A stretch of 64,000 nucleotides of DNA from Lingula anatina (Eukaryota > Animalia > Brachiopoda), in assembly GCA_051362555.1 (NCBI GenBank), contig JBPQGU010000016.1:4216001-4280000 (forward strand), given 5' to 3'. The first letter of the stretch is position 1; each line of letters starts with the position of its first letter. Shown in pieces: positions 12,001-26,761 of the stretch. The notes under the pieces are model-generated. The model did not search any database, had not been told where the DNA came from, and worked only from the letters and a program-made list of their open reading frames with translations. The position numbers and the translations under genes were made by a program.

Positions 12001-15000
12001 CACTTTTTGGAAAAATCGGAGACGGGTCGATTTTTGGTGATTTTGAGTGATTTTGAACAGTGCCGGCACTGTGAGATTTCTTCAATTTTGGCCAGGTAGG
12101 GATGAAAATTTTTTTCTTCATTATAGTGTCAGGTAGGTGTGTTCGGTCATTTGTAGTAAGAATAAAGTGCTGGAAGAGTGGTGGTGTCAACATTAAGGAA
12201 GAAATAGAGCAAAAACTCTGTCTCCCCCCCCCCCCTCTCAGATTCTGTTCTCAGAGCTTATTTTTGGATCATCTTTAAAGCTAGAATTGGGGGCCTTGAT
12301 GAAGTGACCCGGGCGCGTTTCCACATTTTTTATGAATGACAGGTGTGGTAGATTGATTTTCGTCACTTTTTGGAAAAATCGGAGACGGGTCGATTTTTGG
12401 TGATTTTGAGTGATTTTGAACAGTGCCGGCACTGTGAGATTTCTTCAATTTTGGCCAGGTAGGGATGAAAATTTTTTTTCTTCATTATAGTGTCAGGTAG
12501 GTGTGTTCGGTCATTTGTAGTAAGAATAAAGTGCTGGAAGAGTGGTGGTGTCAACATTAAGGAAGAAATAGAGCAAAAACTCTGTCTCCCCCCCCCCCCC
12601 TCTCAGATTCTGTTCTCAGAGCTTATTTTTGGATCATCTTTAAAGCAAGTATTGGGGGCCTTGATGAAGTGACCCGGGCGCGTTTCCACATTTTTTATGA
12701 ATGACAGGTGTGGTAGATTGATTTTCGTCACTTTTTGGAAAAATGGAGACGGGTCGATTTTTGGTGATTTTGAGTGATTTCGAACAGTGCCGGCACTGTG
12801 AGATTTCTTCAATTTTGGCCAGGTAGGGATGAAAATTTTTTTTCTTCATTATAGTGTCAGGTAGGTGTGTTCGGTCATTTGTAGTAAGAATAAAGTGCTG
12901 GAAGAGTGGTGGTGTCAACATTAAGGAAGAAATAGAGCAAAAACTCTGTCTCCCCCCCCCTCTCAGATTCTGTTCTCAGAGCTTATTTTTGGATCATCTT
13001 TAAAGCTAGAATTGGGGGCCTTGATGAAGTGACCCGGGCGCGTTTCCACATTTTTTATGAATGACAGGTGTGGTAGATTGATTTTCGTCACTTTTTGGAA
13101 AAATCAGAGACGGGTCGATTTTTGGTGATTTTGAGTGATTTTGAACAGTGCCGGCACTGTGAGATTTCTTCAATTTTGGCCAGGTAGGGATGAAAATTTT
13201 TTTTCTTCATTATAGTGTCAGGTAGGTGTGTTCGGTCATTTGTAGTAAGAATAAAGTGCTGGAAGAGTGGTGGTGTCAACATTAAGGAAGAAATAGAGCA
13301 AAAACTCTGTCTCTCCCCCCGCCCTCTCAGATTCTGTTCTCAGAGCTTATTTTTGGATCATCTTTAAAGCTAGAATTGGGGGCCTTGATGAAGTGACCCG
13401 GGCGCGTTTCCACATTTTTTATGAATGACAGGTGTGGTAGATTGATTTTCGTCACTTTTTGGAAAAATCGGAGACGGGTCGATTTTTGGTGATTTTGAGT
13501 GATTTTGAACAGTGCCGGCACTGTGAGATTTCTTCAATTTTGGCCAGGTAGGGATGAAAATTTTTTTTCTTCATTATAGTGTCAGGTAGGTGTGTTCGGT
13601 CATTTGTAGTAAGAATAAAGTGCTGGAAGAGTGGTGGTGTCAACATTAAGGAAGAAATAGAGCAAAAACTCTGTCTCCCCCCCCCCCTCTCAGATTCTGT
13701 TCTCAGAGCTTATTTTTGGATCATCTTTAAAGCTAGAATTGGGGGCCTTGATGAAGTGACCCGAAGCGTTTCCACATTTTTTATGAATGACAGGTGTGGT
13801 AGATTGATTTTCGTCACTTTTTGGAAAAATCGGAGACGGGTCGATTTTTGGTGATTTTGAGTGATTTTGAACAGTGCCGGCACTGTGAGATTTCTTCAAT
13901 TTTGGCCAGGTAGGGATGAAAATTTTTTTCTTCATTATAGTGTCAGGTAGGTGTGTTCGGTCATTTGTAGTAAGAATAAAGTGCTGGAAGAGTGGTGGTG
14001 TCAACATTAAGGAAGAAATAGAGCAAAAACTCTGTCTCCCCCCCCCCCTCTCAGATTCTGTTCTCAGAGCTTATTTTTGGATCATCTTTAAAGCTAGAAT
14101 TGGGGGCCTTGATGAAGTGACCCGGGCGCGTTTCCACATTTTTTATGAATGACAGGTGTGGTAGATTGATTTTCGTCACTTTTTGGAAAAATCGGAGACG
14201 GGTCGATTTTTGGTGATTTTGAGTGATTTTGAACAGTGCCGGCACTGTGAGATTTCTTCAATTTTGGCCAGGTAGGGATGAAAATTTTTTTTCTTCATTA
14301 TAGTGTCAGGTAGGTGTGTTCGGTCATTTGTAGTAAGAATAAAGTGCTGGAAGAGTGGTGGTGTCAACATTAAGGAAGAAATAGAGCAAAAACTCTGTCT
14401 CCCCCCCCCCCCTCTCAGATTCTGTTCTCAGAGCTTATTTTTGGATCATCTTTAAAGCAAGTATTGGGGGCCTTGATGAAGTGACCCGGGCGCGTTTCCA
14501 CATTTTTTATGAATGACAGGTGTGGTAGATTGATTTTCGTCACTTTTTGGAAAAATGGAGACGGGTCGATTTTTGGTGATTTTGAGTGATTTCGAACAGT
14601 GCCGGCACTGTGAGATTTCTTCAATTTTGGCCAGGTAGGGATGAAAATTTTTTTTCTTCATTATAGTGTCAGGTAGGTGTGTTCGGTCATTTGTAGTAAG
14701 AATAAAGTGCTGGAAGAGTGGTGGTGTCAACATTAAGGAAGAAATAGAGCAAAAACTCTGTCTCCCCCCCCCTCTCAGATTCTGTTCTCAGAGCTTATTT
14801 TTGGATCATCTTTAAAGCTAGAATTGGGGGCCTTGATGAAGTGACCCGGGCGCGTTTCCACATTTTTTATGAATGACAGGTGTGGTAGATTGATTTTCGT
14901 CACTTTTTGGAAAAATCAGAGACGGGTCGATTTTTGGTGATTTTGAGTGATTTTGAACAGTGCCGGCACTGTGAGATTTCTTCAATTTTGGCCAGGTAGG

Positions 15001-18000
15001 GATGAAAATTTTTTTTCTTCATTATAGTGTCAGGTAGGTGTGTTCGGTCATTTGTAGTAAGAATAAAGTGCTGGAAGAGTGGTGGTGTCAACATTAAGGA
15101 AGAAATAGAGCAAAAACTCTGTCTCTCCCCCCGCCCTCTCAGATTCTGTTCTCAGAGCTTATTTTTGGATCATCTTTAAAGCTAGAATTGGGGGCCTTGA
15201 TGAAGTGACCCGGGCGCGTTTCCACATTTTTTATGAATGACAGGTGTGGTAGATTGATTTTCGTCACTTTTTGGAAAAATCGGAGACGGGTCGATTTTTG
15301 GTGATTTTGAGTGATTTTGAACAGTGCCGGCACTGTGAGATTTCTTCAATTTTGGCCAGGTAGGGATGAAAATTTTTTTTCTTCATTATAGTGTCAGGTA
15401 GGTGTGTTCGGTCATTTGTAGTAAGAATAAAGTGCTGGAAGAGTGGTGGTGTCAACATTAAGGAAGAAATAGAGCAAAAACTCTGTCTCCCCCCCCCCCT
15501 CTCAGATTCTGTTCTCAGAGCTTATTTTTGGATCATCTTTAAAGCTAGAATTGGGGGCCTTGATGAAGTGACCCGGGCGCGTTTCCACATTTTTTATGAA
15601 TGACAGGTGTGGTAGATTGATTTTCGTCACTTTTTGGAAAAATCGGAGACGGGTCGATTTTTGGTGATTTTGAGTGATTTTGAACAGTGCCGGCACTGTG
15701 AGATTTCTTCAATTTTGGCCAGGTAGGGATGAAAATTTTTTTTCTTCATTATAGTGTCAGGTAGGTGTGTTCGGTCATTTGTAGTAAGAATAAAGTGCTG
15801 GAAGAGTGGTGGTGTCAACATTAAGGAAGAAATAGAGCAAAAACTCTGTCTCCCCCCCCCCTCTCAGATTCTGTTCTCAGAGCTTATTTTTGGATCATCT
15901 TTAAAGCTAGAATTGGGGGCCTTGATGAAGTGACCCGGGCGCGTTTCCACATTTTTTATGAATGACAGGTGTGGTAGATTGATTTTCGTCACTTTTTGGA
16001 AAAATCGGAGACGGGTCGATTTTTGGTGATTTTGAGTGATTTTGAACAGTGCCGGCACTGTGAGATTTCTTCAATTTTGGCCAGGTAGGGATGAAAATTT
16101 TTTTTCTTCATTATAGTGTCAGGTAGGTGTGTTCGGTCATTTGTAGTAAGAATAAAGTGCTGGAAGAGTGGTGGTGTCAACATTAAGGAAGAAATAGAGC
16201 AAAAACTCTGTCTCCCCCCCCCCCCTCTCAGATTCTGTTCTCAGAGCTTATTTTTGGATCATCTTTAAAGCTAGAATTGGGGGCCTTGATGAAGTGACCC
16301 GGGCGCGTTTCCACATTTTTTATGAATGACAGGTGTGGTAGATTGATTTTCGTCACTTTTTGGAAAAATCGGAGACGGGTCGATTTTTGGTGATTTTGAG
16401 TGATTTTGAACAGTGCCGGCACTGTGAGATTTCTTCAATTTTGGCCAGGTAGGGATGAAAATTTTTTTTCTTCATTATAGTGTCAGGTATGTGTGTTCGG
16501 TCATTTGTAGTAAGAATAAAGTGCTGGAAGAGTGGTGGTGTCAACGTTAAGGAAGAAATAGAGCAAAAACTCTGTCTCCCGCCCCCCCCCCCCCCTCTCA
16601 GATTCTGTTCTCAGAGCTTATTTTTGGATCATCTTTAAAGCTAGTTTTGGGGGCTTTGATGAAGTGACCCGGGCGCGTTTCCACATTTTTTATGAATGAC
16701 AGGTGTGGTAGATTGATTTTCGTCACTTTTTGGAAAAATCGGAGACGGGTCGATTTTTGGTGATTTTGAGTGATTTTGAACAGTGCCGGCACTGTGAGAT
16801 TTCTTCAATTTTGGCCAGGTAGGGATGAAAATTTTTTTTCTTCATTATAGTGTCAGGTAGGTGTGTTCAGTCATTTGTAGTAAGAATAAAGTGCTGGAAG
16901 AGTGGTGGTGTCAACGTTAAGGAAGAAATAGAGCAAAAACTCTGTCTCCCCCCCCCCTCTCAGATTCTGTTCTCAGAGCTTATTTTTGGATCATCTTTAA
17001 AGCTAGAATTGGGGGCTTTGATGAAGTGACCCGGGCGCGTTTCCACATTTTTTATGAATGACAGGTGTGGTAGATTGATTTTCGTCACTTTTTGGAAAAA
17101 TCGGAGACGGGTCGATTTTTGGTGATTTTGAGTGATTTTGAACAGTGCCGGCACTGTGAGATTTCTTCAATTTTGGCCAGGTAGGGATGAAAAATTTTTT
17201 TCTTCATTATAGTGTCAGGTAGGTGTGTTCGGTCATTTGTAGTAAGAATAAAGTGCTGGAAGAGTGGTGGTGTCAACATTAAGGAAGAAATAGAGCAAAA
17301 ACTCTGTCTCCCCCCCCCCCTCTCAGATTCTGTTCTCAGAGCTTATTTTTGGATCATCTTTAAAGCTAGAATTGGGGGCCTTGATGAAGTGACCCGGGCG
17401 CGTTTCCACATTTTTTATGAATGACAGGTGTGGTAGATTGATTTTCGTCACTTTTTGGAAAAATCGGAGACGGGTCGATTTTTGGTGATTTTGAGTGATT
17501 TTGAACAGTGCCGGCACTGTGAGATTTCTTCAATTTTGGCCAGGTAGGGATGAAAAATTTTTTTCTTCATTATAGTGTCAGGTAGGTGTGTTCGGTCATT
17601 TGTAGTAAGAATAAAGTGCTGGAAGAGTGGTGGTGTCAACATTAAGGAAGAAATAGAGCAAAAACTCTGTCTCCCCCCCCCCCCCTCTCAGATTCTGTTC
17701 TCAGAGCTTATTTTTGGATCATCTTTAAAGCTAGAATTGGGGGCCTTGATGAAGTGACCCGGGCGCGTTTCCACATTTTTTATGAATGACAGGTGTGGTA
17801 GATTGATTTTCGTCACTTTTTGGAAAAATCGGAGACGGGTCGATTTTTGGTGATTTTAAGTGATTTTGAACAGTGCCGGCACTGTGAGATTTCTTCAATT
17901 TTGGCCAGGTAGGGATGAAAATTTTTTTTCTTCATTATAGTGTCAGGTAGGTGTGTTCGGTCATTTGTAGTAAGAATAAAGTGCTGGAAGAGTGGTGGTG

Positions 18001-21000
18001 TCAACATTAAGGAAGAAATAGAGCAAAAACTCTGTCTCCCCCCCCCTCTCAGATTCTGTTCCCAGAGCTTATTTTTGGATCATCTTTAAAGCTAGAATTG
18101 GGGGCCTTGATGAAGTGACCCGGGCGCGTTTCCACATTTTTTATGAATGACAGGTGTGGTAGATTGATTTTCGTCACTTTTTGGAAAAATGGAGACGGGT
18201 CGATTTTTGGTGATTTTGAGTGATTTTGAACAGTGCCGGCACTGTGAGATTTCTTCAATTTTGGCCAGGTAGGGATGAAAATTTTTTTTCTTCATTATAG
18301 TGTCAGGTAGGTGTGTTCGGTCATTTGTAGTAAGAATAAAGTGCTGGAAGAGTGGTGGTGTCAACATTAAGGAAGAAATAGAGCAAAAACTCTGTCTCTC
18401 CCCCCGCCCTCTCAGATTCTGTTCTCAGAGCTTATTTTTGGATCATCTTTAAAGCTAGAATTGGGGGCCTTGATGAAGTGACCCGGGCGCGTTTCCACAT
18501 TTTTTATGAATGACAGGTGTGGTAGATTGATTTTCGTCACTTTTTGGAAAAATCGGAGACGGGTCGATTTTTGGTGATTTTGAGTGATTTTGAACAGTGC
18601 CGGCACTGTGAGATTTCTTCAATTTTGGCCAGGTAGGGATGAAAATTTTTTTTCTTCATTATAGTGTCAGGTAGGTGTGTTCGGTCATTTGTAGTAAGAA
18701 TAAAGTGCTGGAAGAGTGGTGGTGTCAACATTAAGGAAGAAATAGAGCAAAAACTCTGTCTCCCCCCCCCCCCCTCAGATTCTGTTCTCAGAGCTTATTT
18801 TTGGATCATCTTTAAAGCTAGAATTGGGGGCCTTGATGAAGTGACCCGGGCGCGTTTCCACATTTTTTATGAATGACAGGTGTGGTAGATTGATTTTCGT
18901 CACTTTTTGGAAAAATCGGAGACGGGTCGATTTTTGGTGATTTTGAGTGATTTTGAACAGTGCCGGCACTGTGAGATTTCTTCAATTTTGGCCAGGTAGG
19001 GATGAAAAATTTTTTTCTTCATTATAGTGTCAGGTAGGTGTGTTCGGTCATTTGTAGTAAGAATAAAGTGCTGGAAGAGTGGTGGTGTCAACATTAAGGA
19101 AGAAATAGAGCAAAAACTCTGTCTCCCCCCCCCCCCTCTCAGATTCTGTTCCCAGAGCTTATTTTTGGATCATCTTTAAAGCTAGAATTGGGGGCCTTGA
19201 TGAAGTGACCCGGGCGCGTTTCCACATTTTTTATGAATGACAGGTGTGGTAGATTGATTTTCGTCACTTTTTGGAAAAATCGGAGACGGGTCGATTTTTG
19301 GTGATTTTGAGTGATTTTGAACAGTGCCGGCACTGTGAGATTTCTTCAATTTTGGCCAGGTAGGGATGAAAATTTTTTTTCTTCATTATAGTGTCAGGTA
19401 GGTGTGTTCGGTCATTTGTAGTAAGAATAAAGTGCTGGAAGAGTGGTGGTGTCAACATTAAGGAAGAAATAGAGCAAAAACTCTGTCTCCCCCCCCCCTC
19501 TCAGATTCTGTTCCCAGAGCTTATTTTTGGATCATCTTTAAAGCTAGAATTGGGGGCCTTGATGAAGTGACCCGGGCGCGTTTCCACATTTTTTATGAAT
19601 GACAGGTGTGGTAGATTGATTTTCGTCACTTTTTGGAAAAATGGAGACGGGTCGATTTTTGGTGATTTTGAGTGATTTCGAACAGTGCCGGCACTGTGAG
19701 ATTTCTTCAATTTTGGCCAGGTAGGGATGAAAATTTTTTTTCTTCATTATAGTGTCAGGTAGGTGTGTTCGGTCATTTGTAGTAAGAATAAAGTGCTGGA
19801 AGAGTGGTGGTGTCAACATTAAGGAAGAAATAGAGCAAAAACTCTGTCTCCCCCCCCCCTCTCAGATTCTGTTCTCAGAGCTTATTTTTGGATCATCTTT
19901 AAAGCTAGAATTGGGGGCCTTGATGAAGTGACCCGGGCGCGTTTCCACATTTTTTATGAATGACAGGTGTGGTAGATTGATTTTCGTCACTTTTTGGAAA
20001 AATCGGAGACGGGTCGATTTTTGGTGATTTTGAGTGATTTTGAACAGTGCCGGCACTGTGAGATTTCTTCAATTTTGGCCAGGTAGGGATGAAAATTTTT
20101 TTTCTTCATTATAGTGTCAGGTAGGTGTGTTCGGTCATTTGTAGTAAGAATAAAGTGCTGGAAGAGTGGTGGTGTCAACATTAAGGAAGAAATAGAGCAA
20201 AAACTCTGTCTCCCCCCCCCTCTCAGATTCTGTTCTCAGAGCTTATTTTTGGATCATCTTTAAAGCTAGAATTGGGGGCCTTGATGAAGTGACCCGGGCG
20301 CGTTTCCACATTTTTTATGAATGACAGGTGTGGTAGATTGATTTTCGTCACTTTTTGGAAAAATCGGAGACGGGTCGATTTTTGGTGATTTTGAGTGATT
20401 TTGAACAGTGCCGGCACTGTGAGATTTCTTCAATTTTGGCCAGGTAGGGATGAAAATTTTTTTTCTTCATTATAGTGTCAGGTAGGTGTGTTTGGTCATT
20501 TGTAGTAAGAATAAAGTGCTGGAAGAGTGGTGGTGTCAACATTAAGGAAGAAATAGAGCAAAAACTCTGTCTCCCCCCCCCCTCTCAGATTCTGTTCCCA
20601 GAGCTTATTTTTGGATCATCTTTAAAGCTAGAATTGGGGGCCTTGATGAAGTGACCCGGGCGCGTTTCCACATTTTTTATGAATGACAGGTGTGGTAGAT
20701 TGATTTTCGTCACTTTTTGGAAAAATGGAGACGGGTCGATTTTTGGTGATTTTGAGTGATTTCGAACAGTGCCGGCACTGTGAGATTTCTTCAATTTTGG
20801 CCAGGTAGGGATGAAAATTTTTTTTCTTCATTATAGTGTCAGGTAGGTGTGTTCGGTCATTTGTAGTAAGAATAAAGTGCTGGAAGAGTGGTGGTGTCAA
20901 CATTAAGGAAGAAATAGAGCAAAAACTCTGTCTCCCCCCCCCCCTCTCAGATTCTGTTCTCAGAGCTTATTTTTGGATCATCTTTAAAGCTAGAATTGGG

Positions 21001-24000
21001 GGCCTTGATGAAGTGACCCGTGCGCGTTTCCACATTTTTTATGAATGACAGGTGTGGTAGATTGATTTTCGTCACTTTTTGGAAAAATCGGAGACGGGTC
21101 GATTTTTGGTGATTTTGAGTGATTTTGAACAGTGCCGGCACTGTGAGATTTCTTCAATTTTGGCCAGGTAGGGATGAAAATTTTTTTCTTCATTATAGTG
21201 TCAGGTAGGTGTGTTCGGTCATTTGTAGTAAGAATAAAGTGCTGGAAGATTGGTGGTGTCAACATTAAGGAAGAAATAGAGCAAAAACTCTGTCTCCCCC
21301 CCCCCCCTCTCAGATTCTGTTCTCAGAGCTTATTTTTGGATCATCTTTAAAGCTAGAATTGGGGGCCTTGATGAAGTGACCCGGGCGCGTTTCCACATTT
21401 TTTATGAATGACAGGTGTGGTAGATTGATTTTCGTCACTTTTTGGAAAAATCGGAGACGGGTCGATTTTTGGTGATTTTGAGTGATTTTGAACAGTGCCG
21501 GCACTGTGAGATTTCTTCAATTTTGGCCAGGTAGGGATGAAAATTTTTTTTCTTCATTATAGTGTCAGGTAGGTGTGTTCGGTCATTTGTAGTAAGAATA
21601 AAGTGCTGGAAGAGTGGTGGTGTCAACATTAAGGAAGAAATAGAGCAAAAACTCTGTCTCCCCCCCCCCCTCTCAGATTCTGTTCTCAGAGCTTATTTTT
21701 GGATCATCTTTAAAGCAAGTATTGGGGGCCTTGATGAAGTGACCCGGGCGCGTTTCCACATTTTTTATGAATGACAGGTGTGGTAGATTGATTTTCGTCA
21801 CTTTTTGGAAAAATGGAGACGGGTCGATTTTTGGTGATTTTGAGTGATTTCGAACAGTGCCGGCACTGTGAGATTTCTTCAATTTTGGCCAGGTAGGGAT
21901 GAAAATTTTTTTTCTTCATTATAGTGTCAGGTAGGTGTGTTCGGTCATTTGTAGTAAGAATAAAGTGCTGGAAGAGTGGTGGTGTCAACATTAAGGAAGA
22001 AATAGAGCAAAAACTCTGTCTCCCCCCCCCCCCCCCCTCTCAGATTCTGTTCTCAGAGCTTATTTTTGGATCATCTTTAAAGCTAGAATTGGGGGCCTTG
22101 ATGAAGTGACCCGGGCGCGTTTCCACATTTTTTATGAATGACAGGTGTGGTAGATTGATTTTCGTCACTTTTTGGAAAAATCGGAGACGGGTCGATTTTT
22201 GGTGATTTTGAGTGATTTTGAACAGTGCCGGCACTGTGAGATTTCTTCAATTTTGGCCAGGTAGGGATGAAAATTTTTTTTCTTCATTATAGTGTCAGGT
22301 AGGTGTGTTTGGTCATTTGTAGTAAGAATAAAGTGCTGGAAGAGTGGTGGTGTCAACATTAAGGAAGAAATAGAGCAAAAACTCTGTCTCCCCCCCCCTC
22401 TCAGATTCTGTTCTCAGAGCTTATTTTTGGATCATCTTTAAAGCTAGAATTGGGGGCCTTGATGAAGTGACCCGGGCGCGTTTCCACATTTTTTATGAAT
22501 GACAGGTGTGGTAGATTGATTTTCGTCACTTTTTGGAAAAATCGGAGACGGGTCGATTTTTGGTGATTTTGAGTGATTTTGAACAGTGTCGGCACTGTGA
22601 GATTTCTTCAATTTTGGCCAGGTAGGGATGAAAATTTTTTTTCTTCATTATAGTGTCAGGTAGGTGTGTTCGGTCATTTGTAGTAAGAATAAAGTGCTGG
22701 AAGAGTGGTGGTGTCAACATTAAGGAAGAAATAGAGCAAAAACTCTGTCTCCCCCCCCCCCTCTCAGATTCTGTTCTCAGAGCTTATTTTTGGATCATCT
22801 TTAAAGCTAGAATTGGGGGCCTTGATGAAGTGACCCGGGCGCGTTTCCACATTTTTTATGAATGACAGGTGTGGTAGATTGATTTTCGTCACTTTTTGGA
22901 AAAATCGGAGACGGGTCGATTTTTGGTGATTTTGAGTGATTTTGAACAGTGCCGGCACTGTGAGATTTCTTCAATTTTGGCCAGGTAGGGATGAAAATTT
23001 TTTTTCTTCATTATAGTGTCAGGTAGGTGTGTTCGGTCATTTGTAGTAAGAATAAAGTGCTGGAAGAGTGGTGGTGTCAACATTAAGGAAGAAATAGAGC
23101 AAAAACTCTGTCTCCCCCCCCCCCTCTCAGATTCTGTTCTCAGAGCTTATTTTTGGATCATCTTTAAAGCTAGAATTGGGGGCCTTGATGAAGTGACCCG
23201 GGCGCGTTTCCACATTTTTTATGAATGACAGGTGTGGTAGATTGATTTTCGTCACTTTTTGGAAAAATCGGAGACGGGTCGATTTTTGGTGATTTTGAGT
23301 GATTTTGAACAGTGCCGGCACTGTGAGATTTCTTCAATTTTGGCCAGGTAGGGATGAAAATTTTTTTTCTTCATTATAGTGTCAGGTAGGTGTGTTTGGT
23401 CATTTGTAGTAAGAATAAAGTGCTGGAAGAGTGGTGGTGTCAACATTAAGGAAGAAATAGAGCAAAAACTCTGTCTCCCCCCCCCTCTCAGATTCTGTTC
23501 TCAGAGCTTATTTTTGGATCATCTTTAAAGCTAGAATTGGGGGCCTTGATGAAGTGACCCGGGCGCGTTTCCACATTTTTTATGAATGACAGGTGTGGTA
23601 GATTGATTTTCGTCACTTTTTGGAAAAATCGGAGACGGGTCGATTTTTGGTGATTTTGAGTGATTTTGAACAGTGCCGGCACTGTGAGATTTCTTCAATT
23701 TTGGCCAGGTAGGGATGAAAATTTTTTTTCTTCATTATAGTGTCAGGTAGGTGTGTTCGGTCATTTGTAGTAAGAATAAAGTGCTGGAAGAGTGGTGGTG
23801 TCAACATTAAGGAAGAAATAGAGCAAAAACTCTGTCTCCCCCCCCCCTCTCAGATTCTGTTCTCAGAGCTTATTTTTGGATCATCTTTAAAGCAAGTATT
23901 GGGGGCCTTGATGAAGTGACCCGGGCGCGTTTCCACATTTTTTATGAATGACAGGTGTGGTAGATTGATTTTCGTCACTTTTTGGAAAAATGGAGACGGG

Positions 24001-26697
24001 TCGATTTTTGGTGATTTTGAGTGATTTCGAACAGTGCCGGCACTGTGAGATTTCTTCAATTTTGGCCAGGTAGGGATGAAAATTTTTTTTCTTCATTATA
24101 GTGTCAGGTAGGTGTGTTCGGTCATTTGTAGTAAGAATAAAGTGCTGGAAGAGTGGTGGTGTCAACATTAAGGAAGAAATAGAGCAAAAACTCTGTCTCC
24201 CCCCCCCCCTCTCAGATTCTGTTCTCAGAGCTTATTTTTGGATCATCTTTAAAGCTAGAATTGGGGGCCTTGATGAAGTGACCCGGGCGCGTTTCCACAT
24301 TTTTTATGAATGACAGGTGTGGTAGATTGATTTTCGTCACTTTTTGGAAAAATGGAGACGGGTCGATTTTTGGTGATTTTGAGTGATTTCGAACAGTGCC
24401 GGCACTGTGAGATTTCTTCAATTTTGGCCAGGTAGGGATGAAAATTTTTTTTCTTCATTATAGTGTCAGGTAGGTGTGTTCGGTCATTTGTAGTAAGAAT
24501 AAAGTGCTGGAAGAGTGGTGGTGTCAACATTAAGGAAGAAATAGAGCAAAAACTCTGTCTCCCCCCCCCCTCTCAGATTCTGTTCTCAGAGCTTATTTTT
24601 GGATCATCTTTAAAGCTAGAATTGGGGGCCTTGATGAAGTGACCCGGGCGCGTTTCCACATTTTTTATGAATGACAGGTGTGGTAGATTGATTTTCGTCA
24701 CTTTTTGGAAAAATCGGAGACGGGTCGATTTTTGGTGATTTTGAGTGATTTTGAACAGTGCCGGCACTGTGAGATTTCTTCAATTTTGGCCAGGTAGGGA
24801 TGAAAATTTTTTTTCTTCATTATAGTGTCAGGTAGGTGTGTTCGGTCATTTGTAGTAAGAATAAAGTGCTGGAAGAGTGGTGGTGTCAACATTAAGGAAG
24901 AAATAGAGCAAAAACTCTGTCTCCCCCCCCCTCTCAGATTCTGTTCCCAGAGCTTATTTTTGGATCATCTTTAAAGCTAGAATTGGGGGCCTTGATGAAG
25001 TGACCCGGGCGCGTTTCCACATTTTTTATGAATGACAGGTGTGGTAGATTGATTTTCGTCACTTTTTGGAAAAATGGAGACGGGTCGATTTTTGGTGATT
25101 TTGAGTGATTTCGAACAGTGCCGGCACTGTGAGATTTCTTCAATTTTGGCCAGGTAGGGATGAAAATTTTTTTTCTTCATTATAGTGTCAGGTAGGTGTG
25201 TTCGGTCATTTGTAGTAAGAATAAAGTGCTGGAAGTGTGGTGGTGTCAACATTAAGGAAGAAATAGAGCAAAAACTCTGTCTCCCCCCCCCCCCTCTCAG
25301 ATTCTGTTCTCAGAGCTTATTTTTGGATCATCTTTAAAGCTAGAATTGGGGGCCTTGATGAAGTGACCCGGGCGCGTTTCCACATTTTTTATGAATGACA
25401 GGTGTGGTAGATTGATTTTCGTCACTTTTTGGAAAAATCGGAGACGGGTCGATTTTTGGTGATTTTGAGTGATTTTGAACAGTGCCGGCACTGTGAGATT
25501 TCTTCAATTTTGGCCAGGTAGGGATGAAAATTTTTTTTCTTCATTATAGTGTCAGGTAGGTGTGTTTGGTCATTTGTAGTAAGAATAAAGTGCTGGAAGA
25601 GTGGTGGTGTCAACATTAAGGAAGAAATAGAGCAAAAACTCTGTCTCCCCCCCCCTCTCAGATTCTGTTCTCAGAGCTTATTTTTGGATCATCTTTAAAG
25701 CTAGAATTGGGGGCCTTGATGAAGTGACCCGGGCGCGTTTCCACATTTTTTATGAATGACAGGTGTGGTAGATTGATTTTCGTCACTTTTTGGAAAAATG
25801 GAGACGGGTCGATTTTTGGTGATTTTGAGTGATTTCGAACAGTGCCGGCACTGTGAGAGTTCTTCAATTTTGGCCAGGTAGGGATGAAAATTTTTTTCTT
25901 CATTATAGCGTCAGGTAGGTGTGTTCGGTCATTTGTAGTAAGAATAAAGTGCTGGAAGAGTGGTGGTGTCAACATTAAGGAAGAAATAGAGCAAAAACTC
26001 TGTCTCCCCCCCCCTCTCAGATTCTGTTCTCAGAGCTTATTTTTGGATCATCTTTAAAGCTAGAATTGGGGGCCTTGATGAAGTGACCCGGGCGCGTTTC
26101 CACATTTTTTATGAATGACAGGTGTGGTAGATTGATTTTCGTCACTTTTTGGAAAAATCGGAGACGGGTCGATTTTTGGTGATTTTGAGTGATTTTGAAC
26201 AGTGCCGGCACTGTGAGATTTCTTCAATTTTGGCCAGGTAGGGATGAAAATTTTTTTCTTCATTATAGTGTCAGGTAGGTGTGTTTGGTCATTTGTAGTA
26301 AGAATAAAGTGCTGGAAGAGTGGTGGTGTCAACATTAAGGAAGACATAGAACAATAACTCTGTCTCCCCCACTCTCCGATTCAGATCTCGGAGCTTATTT
26401 TTGGATCATTTTTAAAGATAGAATTGGGGGGCCTTGATGAAGTGACCCGGGCGTATTTCCACATTTTTTATGAATGATAGGTGTGATAGATGATTTTCAT
26501 GACATTTTTTTTTTATTTTGAGTGATTTTCATAATTGCCAGCCATGTGAGATTTCTTCAATTTTGGCCAGGTAGGGATGAAAAAAAAATTTTTTTTTTCA
26601 TTATAGTGTCAGGTTGGTGTGTTTGGTCATTTGTAGTAAGCATAAAATGCGGGAAGAGTGGTGGTGTCAACATTATGGAATAAATAGAGCAAAAACT
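1..26697 (+). repeat. ~364-bp tandem satellite array, left block (~73 monomers, head-to-tail)
   Basis: The unit GGAAAAATCGGAGACGGGTCGATTTTTGGTG...CGTCACTTTTT recurs every ~360-370 bp. Length varies mostly with a poly-C tract, and units are near-identical. The last unit or so (26340-26697) is visibly diverged. Confidence 0.99.
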
Positions 26698-26761
26698 ATT
26701 TATACAGATTCCTGCTATATTATTATTTTATCTTTAATTTATCGAATTTTATGATGCCTTT

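Noticed and set aside
1-26697. CRISPR array, or a tandem RNA gene cluster (5S, tRNA, snRNA)
   Set aside because: There are no unique spacers because whole units are near-identical. I recognised no 5S, tRNA or snRNA sequence, though an Infernal/Rfam scan would be needed to exclude this fully.
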